Origin: a virus
Lineage: Duplodnaviria; Heunggongvirae; Uroviricota; Caudoviricetes
Length of the DNA stretch: 64,000 nucleotides
Reading direction: 5' to 3' (one strand)
Virus record (IMG/VR): IMGVR_UViG_3300029549_000273
The position numbers and the translations under genes are program-made. Shown here piece after piece: positions 16,763 through 26,792 of this stretch (position 1 is its first letter; every line of letters starts with the position of its first letter). The notes below the pieces were generated by a model. That model worked only from the letters and a program-made list of their open reading frames with translations, was not told the origin of the DNA and searched no databases.

Positions 16763-18988
16763 TCAACTTATCACCGTGAACGCAGCGTGAAGCCGGTCGC
16801 CCAAAAGGGTGTGCCGAACATCTGTCTGGTTGTTCAGTATGGCGGTGTTGAGCGCCTCTGTTTGACCAATCAACGCGACGTTCTGCTTGGCTCTCGTCAC
16901 GCCCGTATAGATGATATTGCGCTTGAGCATAACTTTGTGTTCCTCGGATACCACCATGATGACGGTTTGGTACTCTGACCCTTGACTTTTATGCACGGTT
17001 GTGCAGTAAGCAAGGTCAAGGTCCTGCATCATCTCAGGCGTATAGTCATGGCGTTTGCCGTCCCCGTTGAATTCGATAGACGCGATGTAAGTCCATCTGT
17101 TCATATCGTCCGGGTCCGGCATTTTGCTGATTTCATGGATAACGCCAATATCGCCGTTCATAGCGATTTCCGTGTTTTTCGTCTGCATGACCAAATCACG
17201 CGGACGAAACTCCAGCTTTCGAATCTTGATGCTCTCCTCCCCTTCTATGGGTGGATTGATAAGATTCTGGAGCTGGCGGTTGAACTCGTTGACGGAGAGC
17301 AGGCCCTTGTTCCGGAACGGATTCAGCAGAATCACATTCTCCAGACCAAATTTCTTCACCGCTTTCACATAGAACGCGCAGGCGGTGCGGAGAATTTCTT
17401 CCGGTGCAGACCGCTCAATGAAACAGAATGTGTTAGTAAAAGTGAGGTTTGTGCAGCCCTGGTTGATTTTCAGGCTATTCCCAACAATGGGGTTATCCTG
17501 TGCCTGACGGAAAATGACGCTCAGTCTGGTTGTTGGAACAGCCTTGCTGCGAATCATTTCGCGAAGCACATTACCGGCACCGACAGATGGCAGCTGGTCA
17601 GGGTCGCCGACAAAGACGACCTTTGCTCCATCAGGAATCATGGACAGAAGTTTCGCAGCGATGAATTGGTCCATCATGGAGGACTCGTCAATAATAAACA
17701 AGTTTCCCTCCAGGAAGCCCTCGTTGCGGTTGTCCAGCTCCGGTACTCCGGTGTAACCGATAGCAGAATGAATGGTCTGTGCTGGAAAGCCGGTTGCCTC
17801 AGACATTCTTCTTGCGGCTCTTCCCGTCGGAGCCAGAAGCACAGCATTGGAATCTCCACCGAACACTTGCTGATGGACATAGAGAACAGCCTTTGTGACT
17901 GTTGTTTTGCCCGTGCCTGGTCCGCCAGTGATGATTTCGACCTGATGCTCAAAAACACCGTGTACGGCGTCTCGCTGGCTGTCGGCCAGCTTGAAGTTCG
18001 CATCTTCGTACTCTTCGATAAAGGTATCAATTTCTGTGATTTTAGAATCGGAAGCGCTCATAATGCGGCGAATATCTTTGACAATCCCCGTCTCCTCCTC
18101 AAAGGATTTGGTGGAATAGACCATGTTGGCTGTGACCTTGATGGCCTTCATCTTGTACGCAAGGTTCAGCGCCTCTTTGCAGCTGTCCTCGGACACTGCG
18201 TTATGGAAGCCAGCATTAAGCACCTTGGTCATCTCACCGAGCAGTTCGTCCTTTGGAACGCACACATGGCCTTCCATAGATTTTTGCTCGAAAATATAAG
18301 CAAGGGATGCGATAAGGCGTGCCGACCTCGCGGGGTCAAAATCCGGCAGCGCACGCGCCAGCCTATCCACGGTTTCGAAGCCGAAGCCGCGCACCTGCAT
18401 CAGGGAATAAGTATGATGCTCAACGGTATCCAGCGGGTCAAGCTCATTCTTGTTGCAGTAGCGTACCAAGTCGTTGAGCATCTTTGGCGTAATCGCCGCC
18501 GCTGCATCGCCGAGCTTTGCAATGATTTTCCGCTGAAACTCCGTCTCTTTCAGTCTGGTCATCAGCTTTGTTACTATTTTATCAGTAACGCCATTGACAG
18601 CCTTGAGTTGAGACGGGTCAGACTCCAGTACATTCCAGACGCCATCGCCCCATTTGGCGTAGATACGCCCGGAAACGACTTTCCCGATACCGCATTTCAA
18701 GCTGCAAAAATAAGAGACAATGGCCGCCTTACCTTTTGGCTGCTCCATATCGAAGTAGCTTACTTCGAATTGGCGTCCATACTTCCCATTCTTGCTCATT
18801 CCCCACTTTCCGTGAAGGGTGTAGATGATGTCGCTTGCCGTCGGAAGGTTGCTTCCGCACGCGACGAGATACTCACCGGTATCCGCATCCTTATAGCGGA
18901 CGACCATGAAGCCGTCCGCCGAATGGATGGTGAAGGAGTGTTTGCAGCGCACCTCCTCCTTCAGCGTCTGGTTGATATCGTTACACAA
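16763..18988 (-). CDS. recD2: RecD-like (RecD2/TraA family) ATP-dependent DNA helicase
   Basis: The Walker A motif GGPGTGKTT is present, followed by LAPTGRAARRM, IDESSM and VGDPDQLPSVGAG. The C-terminal SF1 motifs are TVHKSQGSEY and TRAKQNVALIG. Confidence 0.85.
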   Translation of the reverse strand: MCNDINQTLKEEVRCKHSFTIHSADGFMVVRYKDADTGEYLVACGSNLPTASDIIYTLHGKWGMSKNGKYGRQFEVSYFDMEQPKGKAAIVSYFCSLKCGIGKVVSGRIYAKWGDGVWNVLESDPSQLKAVNGVTDKIVTKLMTRLKETEFQRKIIAKLGDAAAAITPKMLNDLVRYCNKNELDPLDTVEHHTYSLMQVRGFGFETVDRLARALPDFDPARSARLIASLAYIFEQKSMEGHVCVPKDELLGEMTKVLNAGFHNAVSEDSCKEALNLAYKMKAIKVTANMVYSTKSFEEETGIVKDIRRIMSASDSKITEIDTFIEEYEDANFKLADSQRDAVHGVFEHQVEIITGGPGTGKTTVTKAVLYVHQQVFGGDSNAVLLAPTGRAARRMSEATGFPAQTIHSAIGYTGVPELDNRNEGFLEGNLFIIDESSMMDQFIAAKLLSMIPDGAKVVFVGDPDQLPSVGAGNVLREMIRSKAVPTTRLSVIFRQAQDNPIVGNSLKINQGCTNLTFTNTFCFIERSAPEEILRTACAFYVKAVKKFGLENVILLNPFRNKGLLSVNEFNRQLQNLINPPIEGEESIKIRKLEFRPRDLVMQTKNTEIAMNGDIGVIHEISKMPDPDDMNRWTYIASIEFNGDGKRHDYTPEMMQDLDLAYCTTVHKSQGSEYQTVIMVVSEEHKVMLKRNIIYTGVTRAKQNVALIGQTEALNTAILNNQTDVRHTLLGDRLHAAFTVIS

Positions 18989-19069
18989 AGGCTGTCACCT
19001 CCTTCCGGAGGCACAGCGTCTGTGGCTGATGTGTCTCATTTTTTCATTTCTCCTCTCATTGAAGAAGCA

Positions 19070-20437
19070 TCACTTTTTGCGAGTACGCACCTTTTTCCGT
19101 TTGATGCTGAAGACCCGTGAACTTTCCGGATTTACTGACACACACTGATTGTACGCATCAGGGAAGCGGATTTTCAGAGTTTCCATATCCACGTTCGTTC
19201 TCGAACGCGGACTCCATTTGACTTCCATAAACTCATTGTCGGGAAGATTGATACGTCCCTCTACGGCGTCGTTCAGCTTGAGCATGAACAATTCAGAGAT
19301 AGCATCCTGGCGCTCTTTGATGGCATCGACTTCCTTCTGCTTCGCGACGCGGTTTTCACCAAGCGTGAGCCACTCATTTGCGGCGGCCAGCATATCCAAG
19401 TCGTGCGTCATATCGACAGCATCGGCACTGGGGTCTGCATAGCCGCTGTGATAGGTTCGGATGACTTCGATATCCTTCTTCGGGATACCGGAAGCCTCCG
19501 GCTCCACATTCGGCTCCACATAGGTGTTCCACCACTCTTCTCCGTTTGCCAGCTGGTCGTCTTCCGCCAGCTTATCGCGCTCGACGCAGCGGGCGACGAA
19601 CTGCTCGCCGCTGTACGCACTGCCGACGTAAAGTCCCCCAACGATAAGGTCAACAATGAACAGGCAGCCAATGTATGTTCCCTGCACGCGGTCATCATCC
19701 AGCACTGCCGGATACTGGCGCGTCTGCGGGACATAAGAGCGGGGAATCTTGCCGTCTTTCCATGCGTCCCAGTTTTCCGCGACGGTCGTTTTCGCCTCAA
19801 AGACAAAGATGCGGCCATCCGGCGAGATGACAATGCCATCAATGTTCGCCGTCTGATGCGGGTACTTCCGGGAACGGAACATCCGTGTTTCGGGAATCCG
19901 CTTGAAGCCAGTCAGCTTCAGAAAGGCGTCAATGACTCTATCTTCCATGATGTGTCCACGCTCGAAGACGGCCTGGGCATCATTAGACGGAATGAGTTCA
20001 GGGGTGCCCACCTTGTCGTGGTAGGTCTCCTGCGCCGTTTTGTACCGGCTCTCGCCACGGATGGCGGCGGCGTCAGAGCCGCCGATGCCGAAGTGACGAA
20101 GGGCCTCCCACTCTTTCGTCTGCACGAAAGCGCAGTCAACGACGACCTCCGCATTCGGCCACTCGAAGCGATGCTCGATAGGCTTCCCGTCGTAGCTGTT
20201 CTGAACCCACATGGCAAGTTCCACGCTGTCCATCCGCTCGAACAGGTCAAAGCTGTTGTCAAACAGGATTTTGGCCGTCTTCGCGAACGCCGCGCCGTCC
20301 ATGCCGGACTTTGCGAGCGCGTCATCGAGTTTTGCCATACGGGCCTTAATGACTTTCACCGTGTCCTCGAAGTAGGACCGTTTTCCCGCACAGATATGCG
20401 GGCAGGAATCAGGCAGATTGCATTCAAAATAACTCAT
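19070..20437 (-). CDS. YqaJ-like (lambda-exonuclease fold, PD-(D/E)XK) recombination exonuclease domain protein with a C-terminal extension
   Basis: HFGIGGSDAAAIRGESRYKT matches the YqaJ viral-recombinase motif, and downstream D/E/K residues are present. Confidence 0.55.
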   Translation of the reverse strand: MSYFECNLPDSCPHICAGKRSYFEDTVKVIKARMAKLDDALAKSGMDGAAFAKTAKILFDNSFDLFERMDSVELAMWVQNSYDGKPIEHRFEWPNAEVVVDCAFVQTKEWEALRHFGIGGSDAAAIRGESRYKTAQETYHDKVGTPELIPSNDAQAVFERGHIMEDRVIDAFLKLTGFKRIPETRMFRSRKYPHQTANIDGIVISPDGRIFVFEAKTTVAENWDAWKDGKIPRSYVPQTRQYPAVLDDDRVQGTYIGCLFIVDLIVGGLYVGSAYSGEQFVARCVERDKLAEDDQLANGEEWWNTYVEPNVEPEASGIPKKDIEVIRTYHSGYADPSADAVDMTHDLDMLAAANEWLTLGENRVAKQKEVDAIKERQDAISELFMLKLNDAVEGRINLPDNEFMEVKWSPRSRTNVDMETLKIRFPDAYNQCVSVNPESSRVFSIKRKKVRTRKK

Positions 20438-20440
20438 TTC

Positions 20441-20995
20441 TTATTCTCCTTTTTTGAAATTCGGATTGAACGTGCTGTTGTATGCAGCGGTTCCGTTCCA
20501 GTCATCGTAGAGGACGGTTTCCGTCTGCGTCCCATTCCGAAACGTGACGTTCGGGCGGATGCAGTTCCCGTCCATCCACGAGGCACCGCATTCGTGGCAG
20601 GTCAGCCAACGAGCGAACGGTTCGTTGCAAAGTTTCCGCATGAGGTAGCCGCCGGTGTCGAGTCTGCGCCAGATTTCTGTGCATTCGCCATCCATGTCGC
20701 AAACGAACTCGACATCAATGGTCTTCGGCGGATTGCGTGTCTGGTCGTTCTTGTATGCGTTCCACGACACGCTCGGAAACCACTCTTTGCAAACCTCGCT
20801 ATACTCCATCTTTGAATTTTCTGCAATGTACTGTTCACCGAGCAGCTCCACATCTTCTTCTTTCATATAGAGCTTTCCGGTGTTGCCCGCGTCATCAGTG
20901 AACACAACCGCTTTTCGTTCTGCCAGAACGATGTCCGCGTTATCGCCATACGGAACAGCTTCTTCCTTTGTGATGTCTCTGATTTCAACTTTCAT
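20441..20995 (-). CDS. Hypothetical protein (184 aa)
   Basis: The ORF has AGGAGAATAAGAA upstream. No motif was recognised. Confidence 0.45.
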   Translation of the reverse strand: MKVEIRDITKEEAVPYGDNADIVLAERKAVVFTDDAGNTGKLYMKEEDVELLGEQYIAENSKMEYSEVCKEWFPSVSWNAYKNDQTRNPPKTIDVEFVCDMDGECTEIWRRLDTGGYLMRKLCNEPFARWLTCHECGASWMDGNCIRPNVTFRNGTQTETVLYDDWNGTAAYNSTFNPNFKKGE

Positions 20996-21240
20996 TTCTC
21001 ATTCTCCTTTTTGTACTTTTTCTTCGCACATTCCGGGCAGAGGACGTTTTCGCCGCTCTGCATCATGGTCATGTAGATTTCCTGTCCAAACGCGCTGATG
21101 AAGCACTTGGAGCAAAAAACCTTTCCGCATCCTTCCGCCTCACACGACCACAGTTCCCCGTGGACGTCATCGGAGGCGTCCCACTTCGCGTTGTGGCCGC
21201 AGAAATCGCAGGTGTAGGTATCTGTCTTTTCGACATACAT
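20992..21240 (-). CDS. Small Cys-rich zinc-ribbon protein (82 aa)
   Basis: The start MYVEK follows AAAGGAGAA. CxxC pairs occur at CDFCG...C..C...CSKC...CPEC. Confidence 0.45.
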   Translation of the reverse strand: MYVEKTDTYTCDFCGHNAKWDASDDVHGELWSCEAEGCGKVFCSKCFISAFGQEIYMTMMQSGENVLCPECAKKKYKKENEK

Positions 21241-21299
21241 AAGCAGTTCTCCTTTCATGGGCGGCGGTGTGGGATTGCTCCGCACACCGCCGTAATCAC

Positions 21300-22496
21300 T
21301 TACTTCCAAGCAACTGTTCCACCGATGTCATAATCGGACCAGTTGAGGTTCAGCGTCTTTCCGATAAGCTCTTCCAACTCCAGAACCTTCGCATCGCTCG
21401 CACCTGCGTGCTTGGCGTAGGTGGGGATTTGTGCCATGCTCAGGTAGATGTCCAGCGCAGACATACGCGGCGAGTTGATAACGAAGGTGTCAACCTCCTC
21501 ACGCGCCGGGTCAGCGTACTTTCTGGGAATTTTCAGGTAGGAGCAGATACCGACGAGGCAGTTGACGGGATTGGAGATTTCCATGCTTCCCATCTTCTGC
21601 ATCATGGCAGCGCCATCCTCAAACAGCGCGTACAGTCCGTCCGCTTCATCCTCGAACTTCTCCAGTCCGTACTTCCCTGCCGCCAGCTTCTTGTGCTCGA
21701 CGCGAATGCCCTTTCCAATGGCGAAGGAGAAGGCCCCGCCTGGGGACATCAGCTTCGGCATCAGAATTGCCGAACTGGTCGCTGTGTCGCTGGTAGACAG
21801 TCGAACAACGGGCATCCAGTTGACAGCATGATTGCGGGAGACCGCGTTCGAAAGCGCCTTCTGGTACTTGTCAATGAGGTCGTCACGGACGTCGGGCAGC
21901 TCCCACACAGCGCTGGTATAGCTATGGGAATTGAACCCTTCCTTGAACTTCGGGACGCCGAATCGGTTGTTCAGCTTCTCCTTCGTGATACGGACCAACT
22001 CGCTGATGCGCATAATGGCGTAACCGTCGGATGCGCCGCTGTGCAGCGCGGACAGTTTGCCATAACGCAGCAGGAGAAGCCCGTTTCCCTTGGCATACCG
22101 CAGAGCGATATTCAAGCACTGCGCAAGGTCGGCAAACCCTTCCGCTTTCACCATGTTCGCATTGGCGGGGCCAATCAAACCGGCGGTGGTGTAGAGTGTC
22201 GCACGACCGGTATCACGCAGGCACCAGGTTGTGCCCTGATACTGAACCATGAGGTTCGTACCGTAACCACCATGCAAATCGTTGACGGCGGTATCATGTG
22301 CCGTATCATGGTCAACGCCATACTTTGCCACAGCGTCCGCTACGAACATCGGCCCATCCAGAGGAATGACCTGAAGCTCTTTGCGAGGGATTTCGGGGAG
22401 CCACTCGCTGTTGTTTTCCATGTCCCGGATAGAGTCGATAAATTCCGACTCGTCATGGAACATTTCTTGGAAATCGTCAAAAATCTTGCTGCTCAT
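21300..22496 (-). CDS. Hypothetical protein (398 aa)
   Basis: The ORF has AAAAGGAGAAATGAAAAAATG upstream. It is preceded by leader repeat copy B. Confidence 0.55.
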   Translation of the reverse strand: MSSKIFDDFQEMFHDESEFIDSIRDMENNSEWLPEIPRKELQVIPLDGPMFVADAVAKYGVDHDTAHDTAVNDLHGGYGTNLMVQYQGTTWCLRDTGRATLYTTAGLIGPANANMVKAEGFADLAQCLNIALRYAKGNGLLLLRYGKLSALHSGASDGYAIMRISELVRITKEKLNNRFGVPKFKEGFNSHSYTSAVWELPDVRDDLIDKYQKALSNAVSRNHAVNWMPVVRLSTSDTATSSAILMPKLMSPGGAFSFAIGKGIRVEHKKLAAGKYGLEKFEDEADGLYALFEDGAAMMQKMGSMEISNPVNCLVGICSYLKIPRKYADPAREEVDTFVINSPRMSALDIYLSMAQIPTYAKHAGASDAKVLELEELIGKTLNLNWSDYDIGGTVAWK

Positions 22497-22514
22497 TTTT
22501 TCATTTCTCCTTTT

Positions 22515-22690
22515 CGTGAATTATTAGGTGATATATAAAAGCCAGTATCCGCAAGGGATACTGACTGAACTTTCTTTATGTATGTGATACTTCCTTTGTA
22601 TGGTCTCAGCATACCGGCGGATGAAGAAAACGCCTTATTCTCCTTTCAAGAACCCAAGAACCGAGGAACTTTACGGCCCAGTAAGGCAAC
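22515..22690. repeat. Conserved intergenic leader module, copy B
   Basis: Contains tatataaaagccagtatccgcaagggatactgactgaactttctttatgtatgtgatacttcctttgtatggtctcagcataccggcgg...caagaacccaagaaccgaggaac. Confidence 0.6.
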
Positions 22691-22859
22691 GAAGCCTTTC
22701 CTCCCGGAAAAACAGTGCAAATATGCCCTCTCATGGTGCATTTCTGCTCTTGCATGGACCTTTGGAATCCGGACAAAAAAGCGAGCAGGCATTAAGCCTG
22801 CTCGCGGTTTGCTGTTCGCTGAATGCGGATTCAGTTTTAGCCCCGAAGGGTGGCAAAAA

Positions 22860-23159
22860 CTATTTATCGCATTGGCTCTCAAGATAATCCACATCATCCA
22901 CATATCCGGATACGCGGATATGCAGAAAGTTTTCGTCAGGCTCTACACCAACGACATCGTAGCTGATTTCCGATAGGCAGCAATTCAGCCCGACGAGACG
23001 CTCGGTAAGAATATCATCGAATCCTTCCATGTCATTTTCAATGATGTCATCCAGCGAGATGCCAACGACACCGGAAATTTGGCCGTCATCATCGAGATTT
23101 TTCAGAATTTCTGCGGCGGTGTAAGGCTGTTCCATAACCGTGTAGTTTAAGAGTCCCAT
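22860..23159 (-). CDS. Hypothetical acidic protein (99 aa)
   Basis: ORF with a ribosome-binding site. Acidic. Confidence 0.45.
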   Translation of the reverse strand: MGLLNYTVMEQPYTAAEILKNLDDDGQISGVVGISLDDIIENDMEGFDDILTERLVGLNCCLSEISYDVVGVEPDENFLHIRVSGYVDDVDYLESQCDK

Positions 23160-23203
23160 TTTGCTTCTCCTTTTGTGTTTTATTTCTGTTCCGGAAAGAT
23201 AAT

Positions 23204-24958
23204 TCAGGGGTTTGCGGCAAAAAGCAGGTTACTGATTTCTCCGCACACAGCGTAGATGCCGGCGGTATCTTTCTTTCCGCTGGCTCCGGAGGTAAGTACG
23301 ACCACGCCGCAGCCCGTGTCAGGATTGTAGCACATGAGGTTGTACGCACCGTATGCGCTGCCGGTGTGATAGAACAATCTGCTCTGCCCATAGGTATTGG
23401 CTCGCAGACGCAGAGGCTGGCACTGGTAGAATCCGCCGGACACAGCCTTATCGCCGTGTGACTCCAATGTGGAGGCGATGGACGGAGAAAGGTACTGTGC
23501 GCCCTCGTATTTGCCATCACCGGCAAGCAACGCCACAATTTTTCCAAGGTCGTAGGCGCTGATGGTGAGTCCGCCTGCGAATCCACTGCCGTCCGTACCG
23601 GGCAGTTCGTCATCAATAGCCTTGAGCATTTCCTGGTAGGACAGGCCCGTGCTGCCATCGGCACGGTAGAGCACCGCCAGTTTTTTCGTATCGGATACAC
23701 TCCCTGTTCGGAATGCCGCGTCGATGGACAGTGGACGGTAGAGGTAATGTCCAAGCAGCTCGTCCATCGTGCAGCTGTTTGCTCGCTCGACCGCAAGCCC
23801 CAGTGCAGAGAAGGCGTAGTTGTTATACAGCCAGTTTTCCAAGTTGCCGGAACAGACCTCGCGTGTCGCAGACGAAGACATGAGTCGCGTCTTCATCCCC
23901 TCATAGCTTCTTGATACATCCTCCGGTGCCCTGAGAGAAGATGTATGTGTGAGAACGGAACGGACTGTAATGTGGTCTCCTTCCTGTGCTTTGTGGATGG
24001 GAAAACCGAGGTAGGTGTCCAGCTCTGTATCGAGAGTCATCGTTCCTTCTTCTGCGGAAAGGCTCGCTGCCATACCAACAAGCACTTTTGAGATGGATGC
24101 AGCCCGAACTTTCGTATCTGCTGTCATGGCTGATACTCCGCGAACCGCCTCTCCATACGCAAAGGTATCTGATACATGGCCGTCCTTAATGTACGCAATC
24201 GACAGACCGACCGCACCGTACTTTTTTGCAATCGCATTGATTCTGTTTTGCAACGCTGCGTGCTGTTCTGTGGCCTGCACCACGGCTGACGCCGGGATTG
24301 TCCGGACAACAGGTCCGTTATTCTGGAGCCAGCAGCCGAGTGCGAGAATCATATCGACAGCTTCTTTATGATTCATCGTGCCTTTCGGCTCGAATCCTTT
24401 TTCTGAAGCGGTCAGGATGCCGTTCTCCATGCACCATTTCACAGCTCTTCTCGCGTAAAGCGGGACCTGCGCGGCGTCAGCGCACGCAAGCAGCGTGCGG
24501 GATGAAAGCGGAGCGGCGTCACAGCCCATCGCCTTCGCCAGACGGGCAGCCATCACAGCGGCCTCATTCCGTGTCAGCGGTGTGTCCGGCTCCAGTACGC
24601 CGGCCGCCGTGCCATTTATGATTCCGTTTGCCTTTGCCCAGCTCACCTGAAGCGCGTAGTATGCGTTCTCCGGAACATCGGGGAACGATGTGCTCTGAAC
24701 CGTATCAAGCTCCGGGTTTGCGAGGTTCACCAGCATGGTCAGGAACTGCGCCCGTGTGGTCTCACCTTCTGTCTCAAGCATTTCTTCCGGGATACCGTCC
24801 GGCACGCCGGCTTCAAGACTCTGAGTCGGCTCAGTGTTATACGTTGCGTCTCGCACCTCCGTATCGGTCTCAAATTCTAATGCTGCGGAGCTTGGCGTCG
24901 CGAAAAGCAGCAGCAAAAAAGCCGCAGCAAATGCGGTAAATTTTCTTTTCACGTTCAT
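23204..24958 (-). CDS. Secreted SLH-domain protein fused to a serine-hydrolase (beta-lactamase/DD-peptidase family) domain
   Basis: A signal peptide is present. The SLH-like motifs are FPDVPENAYYALQVSWAKANGIINGT and LTRNEAAVMAARL. The S-x-x-K motif is SISKVLVG. Confidence 0.7.
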   Translation of the reverse strand: MNVKRKFTAFAAAFLLLLFATPSSAALEFETDTEVRDATYNTEPTQSLEAGVPDGIPEEMLETEGETTRAQFLTMLVNLANPELDTVQSTSFPDVPENAYYALQVSWAKANGIINGTAAGVLEPDTPLTRNEAAVMAARLAKAMGCDAAPLSSRTLLACADAAQVPLYARRAVKWCMENGILTASEKGFEPKGTMNHKEAVDMILALGCWLQNNGPVVRTIPASAVVQATEQHAALQNRINAIAKKYGAVGLSIAYIKDGHVSDTFAYGEAVRGVSAMTADTKVRAASISKVLVGMAASLSAEEGTMTLDTELDTYLGFPIHKAQEGDHITVRSVLTHTSSLRAPEDVSRSYEGMKTRLMSSSATREVCSGNLENWLYNNYAFSALGLAVERANSCTMDELLGHYLYRPLSIDAAFRTGSVSDTKKLAVLYRADGSTGLSYQEMLKAIDDELPGTDGSGFAGGLTISAYDLGKIVALLAGDGKYEGAQYLSPSIASTLESHGDKAVSGGFYQCQPLRLRANTYGQSRLFYHTGSAYGAYNLMCYNPDTGCGVVVLTSGASGKKDTAGIYAVCGEISNLLFAANP

Positions 24959-25033
24959 AAAAAATATTGGCCGCTCCTCCCCCCACGCCTTTCGGCGCGT
25001 GGGGGAGAAACGGCATTCTCCTTTCCGATAAAA

Positions 25034-25579
25034 TTATTGCCATCTCACGGCATGGTAGATTCCCGCTCCCTGTTCCGGGTCATTTTTGCTTGCTGGAAGG
25101 TCTTCATAGTGGACGCCCCGCATCTTCCGGGTAATCTTGATGGGATACGGAAGAGCTGCGTTGTCCTCGTTGTAGCAGGCAATGTCGATGCCGACGCCGC
25201 GAAGCTCGGCACTATAGGGCCGGTATAAGCTGACGGGTTCCCTCAGATGCTTGTCGAGCGCGTCACGCAGCTGCTCAAACGGGATGGACAGGTCTGCAAT
25301 GACCGGATACCATCTGAAATCCTTCAGACGGTACTGCTTTACGCTCCCGTTGTAGAAGCGGTGGATATGCGGAAGCAGGAAGTCCGGATTCTCCGCGATG
25401 AATGCGCGGTTCCACCGAACGACCAGTTCGTACACATCCTGCCCGTTGAACTCGCCGTAGCCTTCATAGCATGGCTCGTGGATAAAGGTCCCGTCCGGGC
25501 AGGCAATATAGCCTGCCCGGTCAGTACGCAGGTTCTGTGTGTTGTCAGTATCGGCAAAAAGCCAGGAAAAGCATCCCAT
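25034..25579 (-). CDS. Hypothetical protein (181 aa)
   Basis: The internal start MGCFSWLF is preceded by GGGGAGG. The longer upstream extension was rejected. Confidence 0.5.
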   Translation of the reverse strand: MGCFSWLFADTDNTQNLRTDRAGYIACPDGTFIHEPCYEGYGEFNGQDVYELVVRWNRAFIAENPDFLLPHIHRFYNGSVKQYRLKDFRWYPVIADLSIPFEQLRDALDKHLREPVSLYRPYSAELRGVGIDIACYNEDNAALPYPIKITRKMRGVHYEDLPASKNDPEQGAGIYHAVRWQ

Positions 25580-25595
25580 GTCTCCGCCTCCCCTC

Positions 25596-26012
25596 TCACG
25601 CCGCGTTGGAACGAATGTCCGTGAGGATACGCTCCAGCGCCTTGTATACGCCGGACGGCGTAAGCGCGTGCTGTTCCTTCGACAGGTCATTCCCTCTCCC
25701 GTGGTTCCACAGGAGAAGTGTGAAGATTTCAGGGTGCTCCGCAAACACGCGGCCATATACGGCCTTCGTATCGGCGTTCAGGATGGACACGGTAGCATTC
25801 ATCCCCCGGTTCTTGAGCGCACGGCAGATGCGCCGTGCCTCCAGACGGAGCGCCTGCTTGGATTCATCCAGCAGCTTCCCATCCTCGCTCATGTCGAAGT
25901 AAATGGTTAGGTTGCCATTGAACGCACCATGCACAGCGCCGCCATCCACGATATCGAACAGCTTCACGTTCTCAATGTCATATTCAAAACGCACCAATGT
26001 TCTCATTGTCAT
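25596..26012 (-). CDS. Hypothetical protein (138 aa)
   Basis: The ORF has AAAGGAGAGAAATG upstream. Confidence 0.5.
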   Translation of the reverse strand: MTMRTLVRFEYDIENVKLFDIVDGGAVHGAFNGNLTIYFDMSEDGKLLDESKQALRLEARRICRALKNRGMNATVSILNADTKAVYGRVFAEHPEIFTLLLWNHGRGNDLSKEQHALTPSGVYKALERILTDIRSNAA

Positions 26013-26791
26013 TTCTCTCCTTTCCCTTCTTCAAAAATGATTTTGGCTGCCTTGCGAAGCTCCGCGACCTTTTTTGCTTTATTTCCCGTGTCATCCAGGT
26101 CGAAAGTAAGGGCAGCATCCTTGAACCGCGTACAGCCATTCAGAGCGTCATCCCAGAGCGCACCGCGTTCCTCCTGTGCCTTGCTGAGCAGCGCCGCCTT
26201 ATCCGAAGACGCGGCGAGTTGCTTCTTCAGCGCGGGGAAATCGCGTTCGTCCATTTCGCAGGCGTTCGTATACTCGAAACGCTCATAGAGCGAATCAAGG
26301 TACTGGGTGGCTTTTTTTGTTAAGCCAAAACCCCTTACATAGACGTCTTTCCCGGCAGAATCGCTCAGGAAGCAGAGGCTCGGATTGGACTGCGCGGAGA
26401 ATTCGTAGACCGCCTCGCAGACAACCTGCAAATTTTCCATGCTTTCTTTACGATTGGGGACATCTTTCCCTTCCAGATGTTTGGTCAGGAACTCCTCCAA
26501 GCCTTTGCGCTCCTCAGACGGGAATAACCATGTGGCTCGCCACGAATTCCGCAGTAAGACGGGGTAGACCGCGCCGCCGACGAGAATGGCGAATTCATCC
26601 GCCGCGTCATCTCCGAAGAACTCAAGAGCGCTTCTGAGCCACGGCAGCAAGGCAGAAGAAACTACATCTTCGGCGATATCCGCCGCTCGTGTTTCTTCCT
26701 GAATACCCTGTACGCAACGCGCCATAATCGTGAGGTCGTAGATACTCTGCGGCTTTCCGATGTGCCACGCATCGAAGATTGTCATGCTCAT
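26009..26791 (-). CDS. Hypothetical protein (260 aa)
   Basis: ORF with an ATGA stop/start overlap with both neighbours. Confidence 0.5.
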   Translation of the reverse strand: MSMTIFDAWHIGKPQSIYDLTIMARCVQGIQEETRAADIAEDVVSSALLPWLRSALEFFGDDAADEFAILVGGAVYPVLLRNSWRATWLFPSEERKGLEEFLTKHLEGKDVPNRKESMENLQVVCEAVYEFSAQSNPSLCFLSDSAGKDVYVRGFGLTKKATQYLDSLYERFEYTNACEMDERDFPALKKQLAASSDKAALLSKAQEERGALWDDALNGCTRFKDAALTFDLDDTGNKAKKVAELRKAAKIIFEEGKGEK

Positions 26792-26792
26792 T

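Noticed and set aside
16982-19120. 712-aa plus-strand ORF antisense to the RecD-like helicase
   Set aside because: The sense strand carries intact helicase motifs. The antisense ORF has no motifs or ribosome-binding site.
19403-22538. 470-aa and 423-aa plus-strand ORFs antisense to the YqaJ-like gene and the 398-aa gene
   Set aside because: Same reasoning: they are antisense to well-supported minus-strand genes in a high-GC region, which inflates spurious ORFs.
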